Shown piece after piece: positions 19,401 to 25,934 of a stretch of 64,000 bases of DNA. Numbering within the stretch: position 1 is the stretch's first letter; each line of letters opens with the position of its first letter. The stretch is from Gammaproteobacteria bacterium (GTDB lineage: Bacteria; Pseudomonadota; Gammaproteobacteria; CBDBNL01; JAAOII01), in NCBI GenBank assembly GCA_965215225.1, contig OZ244039.1, positions 111,771-175,770 of the forward strand, in the 5' to 3' direction. The notes beneath the pieces were generated by a model. It was not told where the DNA came from. It made no database searches and saw nothing but the letters and a program-made list of their open reading frames with translations. A program made the translations under genes and the position numbers.

Positions 19401-21803
19401 CCTATTGCCAAATATATTTGTAGCATTGTCCCAATCGGCATAAATCCCTTCATAGCCAGTCGGCATCCGAAGTGCATCGCTGGTCTTGGCTTCCCCAGTG
19501 CTTCCACTATTAACACCATTAACATCACTGTCCCAATAAGAATCAACATCAGTAACCCCGCTTCCAGTCCCAACCAGCATAGCAGCATCTGAGACCACAT
19601 AAGAATAAGCAAGCTTGCCAAAATCAAAACGCCCCGCCAGGCTGCCTATAAAATTACGTCGCCCACTCACCTCAGCCACTACAACCGAAGAAGAATGAAT
19701 TTGAGCGAATGGTCCATCCCCTACCAGACCGCCTACAAAACTAAAAAAACTGTTCACCCCGCTCACCTCAGCCACCACGACCGAAGAAGAGTGAATATGA
19801 GCACCTTCACCCAACCCCACCAGACCGCCGACAGTAGAGCGCCCGCGCACTTCACCCGCCACAACCGAAGAAGAATCAATCCGAGCCGATAGACCCCAAC
19901 CCACTAGACCGCCTATTAGGCTATTCCCGTTCATCTCACCAACCACAACCGAAGAAGAATGAATTTGAGCCGAGTCACCCAAACCCACCAAACCACCTAT
20001 CCAATCATTAGTCCCGCTCACCTCGCCAGCTACGACCGAAGAAGAAACAATCCGAGCAAATTCACCAGACCCCATCAGACCGCCTATACTCTGCACACCC
20101 ATCACCTCACCCACCTCAACCGAAGAAGAATGAATCCGAGCGAATTCACCATACCCCACCAGACCGCCTACAGCATTTCTACCTATCACTGTCTCGGCAC
20201 GAATATTCAAATTGCGAATCTCTGAATTCGCAGCCACATGACCAAACAAACCCACACAATCCTCGCCTGAACGACTAATACTTAAATTGGTAACCGCAAA
20301 ACCATTGCCTTCAAAAATTCCGTCGAAAGCGGCTCCTTCACATTCACCTTCAAAATTTAGTGGTCCTTCCCCCAAGGGCTGCCAGCCTTTGCCGTCCCTA
20401 TAAGCAGCAAGACTTATATTCCCAACCAGCTCATAGCCATCACAGAACCTAATGCCGTTGCCACCACCACAACCAGTGGTGTTGAGTTCCGCATCCGCTG
20501 ATAACCTACGCCCATCGCCATTCAGAGCATACCTCACTGAATTCAATTCCGCCGCCGCGGCTATCTCTATCAAACCATCGCCATCTCTATCTATGTCCTC
20601 ATCATCCATAACCCTATCATTATCATCGTCATCATCCTCACCTGCATCACGGCAACCATCGCCATCATTGTCGGTAGAAGGATTGCTCGTCCAACCTGTC
20701 TCACCAGCAGAACACTGGTCGAAATAATCATCTACCTCATCATTATCACAATCCTCATACAAGCGACACTCCCTCCCATCAACCATTCCGGTATCCATCA
20801 AATCTGGCAATAGATCATTATCACAATCCTCATATAAGCGACACTCCCTCCCATCAACCATTCCGGCATCCATCAAATCTGGCAATAGATCATTGTCATC
20901 ATCCATATCCTCAGTCTCATCACGGCAACCATCCATATCATTATCGCTAGAAGAATTGCTCGTCCAACCTGTCTCACCAGCTTCGCACAGGTCCAAATTA
21001 TCATTTACCTCATCATTATCACAATCGCTGTCTAATTCACATCCAGCCTCCTCATCCAGATCTTCTACCTTATCATTATCATCATCTGTATCCTCAGTCT
21101 CATCACGACAACCATCCCCATCATTATCGGTCGATGAATTGCTCGTCCAACCTGTCTCGCCAGTTTCACACAGGTCTGAACTATCATTTACCCTATCATT
21201 ATCATCATCCTCATCCACACTATTCGCTCGCCCATCCCCATCCGTATTGTTTCCCGCCCGAATGCCACCGCTCTCGTGATCTTCCTCATTCTCTTGCCAC
21301 ACAAAGCCTATCTCCACCTCCTGCTGCCTGCCATCACTAAGAATCCCTATAATCGCAAGAGTCCAGTTGGATTGCTCATCTAGCCCAGTAAAGTTATAGC
21401 TGCCATCAACAAATTCGGCTATGTTGATATTTAGCTCTTCTACCACCGACCCATTCTCACTGGTTGCCTTGATGCTCAAAGAAACCAAATCACCAAATGC
21501 CGATTGGTTGCCTATTTCAAACCCGCCACTTATAGGAGCAAAGGTGAGATTTACTTCAAAAGGTCGGAGAGAACTAGGAGGGACTTCAGTTGGACTGCCT
21601 CCCGAACCCCCACCAGCACAAGCAGTAAGAGTTAGAAAGCCAACCCCAACCAAAAAGAAAAGAAACCGCTTGCCTCGCAAAAGCGGAGGGAAGGCAAGCA
21701 CAAAGGAGAAAAGAAGTCCCCTCACTAAACTAGACACGCGAAGAGCGGACACAAAGGAGTGGCATAACGGAGGCACAAGAAAGACATAGACGAGGGAAAA
21801 CAT
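16365..21803 (-). CDS. Giant surface lipoprotein formed by in-frame fusion of two complete cassettes (1812 aa). Each half has the FEVNLTF Ig-like domain, TSP3 repeats, GLUG repeats and a WDFG/YPA C-domain. The halves are joined through a translated junction element (...YPAIRCTQLTPADWRSSWFLDEIGKPRLNRTRLDELLPFFEVDLTF...).
   Basis: ORF track. Internal repetition of the whole domain order. Nucleotides 19190-19330 match the intergenic junction or tail element found after the other cassettes. Confidence 0.7.
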   Translation of the reverse strand: MFSLVYVFLVPPLCHSFVSALRVSSLVRGLLFSFVLAFPPLLRGKRFLFFLVGVGFLTLTACAGGGSGGSPTEVPPSSLRPFEVNLTFAPISGGFEIGNQSAFGDLVSLSIKATSENGSVVEELNINIAEFVDGSYNFTGLDEQSNWTLAIIGILSDGRQQEVEIGFVWQENEEDHESGGIRAGNNTDGDGRANSVDEDDDNDRVNDSSDLCETGETGWTSNSSTDNDGDGCRDETEDTDDDNDKVEDLDEEAGCELDSDCDNDEVNDNLDLCEAGETGWTSNSSSDNDMDGCRDETEDMDDDNDLLPDLMDAGMVDGRECRLYEDCDNDLLPDLMDTGMVDGRECRLYEDCDNDEVDDYFDQCSAGETGWTSNPSTDNDGDGCRDAGEDDDDDNDRVMDDEDIDRDGDGLIEIAAAAELNSVRYALNGDGRRLSADAELNTTGCGGGNGIRFCDGYELVGNISLAAYRDGKGWQPLGEGPLNFEGECEGAAFDGIFEGNGFAVTNLSISRSGEDCVGLFGHVAANSEIRNLNIRAETVIGRNAVGGLVGYGEFARIHSSSVEVGEVMGVQSIGGLMGSGEFARIVSSSVVAGEVSGTNDWIGGLVGLGDSAQIHSSSVVVGEMNGNSLIGGLVGWGLSARIDSSSVVAGEVRGRSTVGGLVGLGEGAHIHSSSVVVAEVSGVNSFFSFVGGLVGDGPFAQIHSSSVVVAEVSGRRNFIGSLAGRFDFGKLAYSYVVSDAAMLVGTGSGVTDVDSYWDSDVNGVNSGSTGEAKTSDALRMPTGYEGIYADWDNATNIFGNREDVPLAVWCDEDNSGSIETDEQTEDNLIWDFGNSSQYPAIRCTQLTPADWRSSWFLDEIGKPRLNRTRLDELLPFFEVDLTFTPISDGFRIANQSDFGDSVSLNIKATNEGGLVVEEDIDIAEFIDDSYYDFIGLDDQTDWTFRIIGALSDGRQQNMRINFIWQENREDHASGGIRPGLNTDRDGRADSVDDDDDNDGVPDVRDNCRLVVNPRQYNIDGDTEGDACDEDDDDDNILDLLDTGMVDGRECRLHEDCDNDGLGDNDSRERLTNSNNVTCWLLADCDGDTVRDIDEMASNCVIETDCDSDEVDDNSDQCSIGEPDWLSNSSTDHDRDGCRDEGEDEDDDNDLVTDSSDQCSVGETSWTSNSSSDNDGDGCRDGGEDTDDDNDGLDDTDVREQQNNLDGVSCSLLADCDGDTVRDIDEVAANCVIKTDCDNDRVDDNSDQCSAGETGWTSNGSTDNDGDGCRDADEDTDDDNDEVRDGDEAAGCALDRNCDGDGYDDNIDIDDDGDGLIEIARAAELDAVRYALHGSWRQLSENATTDTIGCGDGDSIRTCNGYELVADISLAAYADGDGGKGWQPLGHDTDNVTDGCQGAAFDGTFEGNGWMISDLSINRSGEDCVGLFGHIAANSEIRNLTLHAEAVVGGDRVGGLVGYGTDVRIVSSSVVVGGVKGNLRVGGLVGDGSSARINSSSAEVGEVSGNTSIGGLVGHGGLARIVSSSVVVGGVKGNLRVGGLVGWGDGVHIFSSSVVAREVSGLGVLGGLVGWGHSARIFSSSVVVAEVSGTGLYVGGLVGNGVRAGIHSSSVVAGEVNGSSSVGGLVGNGGSARIHSSSVVVGEVSGSGGLLGSIAGLAGAFYSGKVAYSYVVSGRNTNMLAGVGSGITDVDSYWDSDTSNVLSGDIGDPKTTSDLRSPTDYTDIYANWGNHTNIFNDGEDVPLAVWCDRDNSGSIEADERTPDNRIWDFGTSSQYPALLCTPLAPDDWRSWWSLEGTPAKPRLNQPRLDALLP

Positions 21804-21965
21804 CCCTTCACCAAACTAGACAAGCGGGAAGCAGGACACAAAGGAGTGGCATAACGGAGGCACAAGAAAGACATAGACGAGGAAAAACATCCCTTCACCA
21901 AACTAGACAAGCGGGAAGCAGGACACAAAGGAGTGGCATAACGGAGGCACAAGAAAGACATAGGG
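21736..21965. repeat. Three tandem 87-bp copies of the 5' end (start-codon region) of the 16365-21803 gene.
   Basis: Unit period of exactly 87 bp (acacaaaggagtggcataacggaggcacaagaaagacatagacgag...). Upstream copies carry ATG-initiated short ORFs that end at a TAG created by a 1-nt difference from the gene-proximal copy. Confidence 0.8.
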
Positions 21966-22225
21966 GAGGTGAGATAAGAGAATAGAAGCGGGACCCAATA
22001 TCCACAATATTGAAGAAGCGGAGCTTCACTTCCTTGTCTTCACCGAAAAACAAAAATTGTCTTGTCATGGTTAATGATTGAAACTAATAAGAACATTGTT
22101 CAGCTGCTTATCAGCTAGCTAAAAGCAGAAATGGTTTCATAGTCCTATTATATCTTTTCTTCCAACTAAAAAAAGGAATACTGTAATCATATTAGCAGTC
22201 TTAGTTTGTTAGTTTTTGTCAGTTT

Positions 22226-22645
22226 AAGGAAGGAAGCCGCTCATCTAAACGGAATGGTTTAATTTGTCAAGCGTCCCAGCCAAAGCAAGTTGTCAGCTTA
22301 AGATGAGAGGCTAATCAAAATCAGCCCAAGAGGGAAGTAGATTAGCTAAATGGGTCTGGCTGGAGTTCCTCTAGCCTAGCCGAGAATCTAAGCCAAAGCC
22401 AGTTGTCAGTTTAAGGAAGGAAGCAACTCGTCTAAGCGGGTTCGGTTTAGTTGGGGTTTGGCAGGCGTCCCCTCCAAAGACCACCAGCTACTTCGGTTGA
22501 AGCTGAGGAACTAAGTCAAAGCCAGCTATCTATATATAAGAAGGAAAGCAGATTAGCTAAATGGATCTGGTTGGGGTTCATCTATCCTAGCCCCTTCGGT
22601 TGAAGCTGAGGAACTAAGTCAAGGCAAGTTGGTGGTTTAGGAAAA
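22226..22645. repeat. Third array (~4 units) of the junction-derived repeat family, upstream of the 16365-21803 gene.
   Basis: Units contain aaggaagcaactcgtctaagcgggttcggtttagttggggtttggcaggcgtcccctccaaagaccaccagctac and ttcggttgaagctgaggaactaagtcaaagccagc. Confidence 0.8.
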
Positions 22646-22647
22646 TA

Positions 22648-22840
22648 GGCGGATTCACATTTAAAGTGCAACATCTGTTGCTAAATTATAATTGATTTCG
22701 CTGAGTTGTTAGAACACTTCAGCGGGTGTTTCGAATCCGAGGCACTTTCGTGGTCGGTTGTTCAATCGGGTCATGATTTTAGTTATTATTTGGTTAGATA
22801 GATTTCGGAAGGACATTCTTTTCTCTGAAAGATAATGCTT
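22648..22840 (-). mobile_element. IS30-family right-end remnant (IRR ggcggattcacatttaaagtgcaacatc plus ~50 C-terminal transposase codons).
   Basis: Colinear nucleotide similarity to the 3' ~190 bp of the intact IS copy, in reverse orientation. Confidence 0.6.
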
Positions 22841-22912
22841 TTTACACATTTTAGATCGGCTAGTTATCTTGGAGTCAGGTTGCCCTTAGGATGTAAATTT
22901 ATGTTGTAGTCA

Positions 22913-23659
22913 TCAGACATTATTGTGTCTTTGATGAATGGTGTTTATTGTTTTCTTGTTTCTATTAATCGATATGACTTGCCTCCCATGTTTTTTTGCT
23001 GCTGTCCCAGTAGTTTCGTTCCCGCCAGAAAGAATCAACACAGTATTACCTACATTACTATGAGCTAAGATGATTCGCTCCAAAATATTAAAGGGTCTTT
23101 GAATAGAGTTCTTATTCCCATTATTCTTTTCTTTGCTATTACTTTTTAGTATCGGCATACTATCCCACCAGACATCAGTCGGAGTTTTGCCACGCTTAGC
23201 CTTTTCATCTCCTACTAACATAGGCGCCATATATGGTATGCGATCTATTTCCTCGTAGTTATAGCTATAATTTTTGTTATCCTTTGTGTACCACAAGATA
23301 TAGTGATGTTTTGTCGGCCATCTCGATCTGCTTCGAGCCCTTCCCTCATAGGCTAGGATGATTTCGTTTATAAAATTACTCCTACCAAATAATTTATCCA
23401 TCTCAATTTTGATATAGTGAACCTCTCTATAGTCTGCTTGTAAAAAGAAACTTCCGTTATCACTTAATAATGGATATGCTAACTCCACTCTATCCATCAA
23501 GAATGAAATGTGGTTTCTGGATTTGTCACCTTGCCCTCGCCTATTCTTAAAGAGCCGCTCAATGTAAATAAGATCTATGCTACCCTTTTTTATGGTAGGT
23601 AAATTCATATCTTCTTTCCAAACTAAAAAACAATTGCTGAAATCATATCGGCATGGCAA
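22913..23659 (-). CDS. Degenerate beta-class (CcrM-like) DNA methyltransferase homologue with both catalytic motifs ablated. A likely inactive pseudo-enzyme or early-stage pseudogene, although the ORF is intact.
   Basis: Colinear with CcrM: SIDLIYIERLF (for SVDLIFADPPY), LSDNGSFFLQADY (for LKPNGSLWVIGSY), HHYILWYTKDNKNYSYNYEEI (for [19 protein letters not shown]), and ILSGGNETTGTAAKKHGRQVISI (for [25 protein letters not shown]). DPPY is replaced by ERLF and D-FxGxG by SGGNE. Confidence 0.5.
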   Translation of the reverse strand: MPCRYDFSNCFLVWKEDMNLPTIKKGSIDLIYIERLFKNRRGQGDKSRNHISFLMDRVELAYPLLSDNGSFFLQADYREVHYIKIEMDKLFGRSNFINEIILAYEGRARSRSRWPTKHHYILWYTKDNKNYSYNYEEIDRIPYMAPMLVGDEKAKRGKTPTDVWWDSMPILKSNSKEKNNGNKNSIQRPFNILERIILAHSNVGNTVLILSGGNETTGTAAKKHGRQVISINRNKKTINTIHQRHNNV

Positions 23660-23873
23660 TACGGATACTTCATTATACCTTCATTGCCCATTGCCATTAG
23701 ATCTTCCTTCCTTTGCCAAACTCTTGATTTGAAAGTTCTGATTAATTAAAGCAACTCAAATAAGTTCTACTAACTACAATTGAGTCAAACCATCTAAGCC
23801 AATTTGAAATAAATCATCTTATAATGACAACTCAAGAATCATTTAAATAATTCTAACTTCTATTTGACTAACT

Positions 23874-24992
23874 ATGAAAAAAATAGCGTTCTACCTTCCT
23901 TTATTACTGATGGCCAGTCTGCCAGTTCATTCATTGGAGCTGGTTACCAGTATCAAACCGCTTCAGCTAATGGCATCGGAGCTTATCCTACCCCAAGACC
24001 GGGTAGCTTATCTCATCCCACCTAATGCATCGCCTCACACCTATGGCTTGAAACCCTCTGCCATAAGGCAAGCAAGACAAGCCGACCTTGTTCTCTGGGT
24101 TGGCAGTGGGCTGGAAAGCAAATGGGGGAAGTTGTTCACTAGCCTCGACTCATCTATTGAGCTAGCTCAGGCACTAGGCTTACAAGAGGAGAGAGAAGAA
24201 CATGGTGAGGACCATGATAAACACCATGGTGAAAAGCACGATGAAGAGCATAGCGAAGAGCATGATGAAGAGCATAGCGAAGAGCATGATGAAGAGCATA
24301 GCGAAGAGCATGATGAAGAACATAGTGAAAAGCACGATGAAGACCATGGTGAAAAACATGGTGAAAAACATGGTGAAGAGCATGGTGAAAAACATGGTGA
24401 AGAGCATGGTGAAAAGCATGATGAAGACCATCATGAAGACCATGATGAGGAACATGGTGAAGAGCATGCTCATCACGACCATTCTCATTCAATTGACCTT
24501 CATATCTGGTTGTCGCCTCCATTGATGAGGCAGACAGCAGCCGTTATCACCGACCGCTTAATCCAACTCAATCCTTCTCAAGCAGAATCCTACCAACAAA
24601 AATTGGCTGCTTTTGAAAGAGACCTAGCCACCGCCATTAATGCCATAAACAACGACCTACTAGCTGTAAGGGATAAGAAGTTCTATACCATGCATGATGC
24701 CTATAACTACTTCACTTCCTATTTTCATCTCAGCAACACTGGTTATCTGACCCTCTCGCCTGAGATTCCCCTGTCAGCTTCCCATCTACAGAGGGTTCGC
24801 TCCGACCTAAAAAACAAAGACATCGTCTGCGTATTTAGCGAGCCGCAACTAGATGAGGCAGCGGTTCTCAAACTCATTGAAGGCACTCAGGTTCGTTATG
24901 GCATTCTAGACCCCCTAGCAGGCAATGCGAACGACTATTTCAGCTTTCTCCACACGCTAGCAGATTCATTCAAACAATGCCTTGCTTCCTAA
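23874..24992 (+). CDS. znuA: Zinc ABC transporter periplasmic substrate-binding protein ZnuA-like, with a long His/Glu/Asp-rich loop.
   Basis: Signal peptide. Cluster-9 SBP pattern. Loop HGEDHDKHHGEKHDEEHSEEHDEEH... encoded by 24-bp nucleotide repeats (agcgaagagcatgatgaagagcat x4). The ORFs 24154-24525 are artefacts of this repeat. Confidence 0.75.
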   Translation: MKKIAFYLPLLLMASLPVHSLELVTSIKPLQLMASELILPQDRVAYLIPPNASPHTYGLKPSAIRQARQADLVLWVGSGLESKWGKLFTSLDSSIELAQALGLQEEREEHGEDHDKHHGEKHDEEHSEEHDEEHSEEHDEEHSEEHDEEHSEKHDEDHGEKHGEKHGEEHGEKHGEEHGEKHDEDHHEDHDEEHGEEHAHHDHSHSIDLHIWLSPPLMRQTAAVITDRLIQLNPSQAESYQQKLAAFERDLATAINAINNDLLAVRDKKFYTMHDAYNYFTSYFHLSNTGYLTLSPEIPLSASHLQRVRSDLKNKDIVCVFSEPQLDEAAVLKLIEGTQVRYGILDPLAGNANDYFSFLHTLADSFKQCLAS

Positions 24993-25031
24993 GTTCTCGC
25001 TGCTCTGGTTTATGACCGGCTCAATAAACCT

Positions 25032-25934
25032 ATGACATCCCTTTCCTTACGTATCCCTGCCAGCAGCGGCAACCTCGGCGCAGGGTTTGATTCTTTGGGC
25101 TTAGCCTTCGCCGTCTATAATACTTTTGACTTTGCCTGGCAAGAAGAATACCAGCTAAGCTATCGACATCCGCAGGATGAGCTATTAGACCCCAAGCGCA
25201 ATTATGTTATCAATAGCTATAAATTTGCCTGTGCCAAACTAGGCAAAGAGACCCCGCCTTTTGCGCTCCACTGTGATAATCAAATCCCCTCTGCCAGCGG
25301 CTTTGGTTCCAGTGGCACGGCTGCCCTGGCTGGCTGCGCCGCCGCTCTCCTCTACCACACTGGCACATTGGATCAAGACCAGCTGCTACAGCTGGCATGT
25401 GAGTTGGAAGAACATCCAGACAATGTCGCCGCCAGTCTTTACGGCGGCTTTGTCATCAGCCATCATGATAAAGGCAACGGCAGTTGGGCTTACAATTTTC
25501 CGGTTTCAACCTCACTATCCTATTGGGTCATCCTACCAAAACTACAAACCTATACTCAGGTAGCCCGTAAAAACATTCCACCCGTCATAGAGCGCCAGGC
25601 TGTTGTCTTCAACCTTAGCCACGCTGCCCTTACCACCGCCGCCTATATCAAGCAAGACTATCAGCTGCTGAGATCAGCAGTTGATGACCGAATTCACGAA
25701 GAGCTAAGGGATATGCCTCAACTGGACTATCTAGGTCTCAAAAGGAAGCTACTAATAACAAATGTTTTTTCGGTATCCCTATGTGGCAGTGGTCCTGCTA
25801 TATTGGTGCTTGCCCCTGAGATAAGTAGCTTCCAAAAAAAGCTAGTCGGCGAACACTTCGCTAGGCTGAGCGTGGAATGGCGCGACTCCCAGCTCAAAGC
25901 AGATAATCAAGGAATGACCTTCGACTATGAATGA
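25032..25934 (+). CDS. thrB: Homoserine kinase (GHMP kinase family).
   Basis: N-terminal LRIPASSGNLGAGFDSLGLA and the GHMP motif region. 300 aa. Confidence 0.8.
   Translation: MTSLSLRIPASSGNLGAGFDSLGLAFAVYNTFDFAWQEEYQLSYRHPQDELLDPKRNYVINSYKFACAKLGKETPPFALHCDNQIPSASGFGSSGTAALAGCAAALLYHTGTLDQDQLLQLACELEEHPDNVAASLYGGFVISHHDKGNGSWAYNFPVSTSLSYWVILPKLQTYTQVARKNIPPVIERQAVVFNLSHAALTTAAYIKQDYQLLRSAVDDRIHEELRDMPQLDYLGLKRKLLITNVFSVSLCGSGPAILVLAPEISSFQKKLVGEHFARLSVEWRDSQLKADNQGMTFDYE

Noticed and set aside
13667-21340. Numerous plus-strand ORFs (Ser/Pro/Thr/His/Asn-rich, 60-270 aa) inside the giant minus-strand lipoprotein genes. The same pattern occurs at 49316-52960 and 54297-61338.
   Set aside because: They are antisense to long, motif-rich ORFs. 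Their periodicity simply mirrors the Asp/Gly codon repeats (GAT/GAC/GGT read backwards as ATC/GTC/ACC). They have no start context or independent motifs.
23660-23873. Zur-box-like palindrome (aatgacaactcaagaatcatt) upstream of znuA.
   Set aside because: It is only a loose AATGA-N11-TCATT symmetry. It does not match the gammaproteobacterial Zur consensus closely enough to call.
24154-24525. ORFs on both strands overlapping the znuA His-rich region.
   Set aside because: They are artefacts of the 24-bp coding repeat inside a well-supported znuA ORF.
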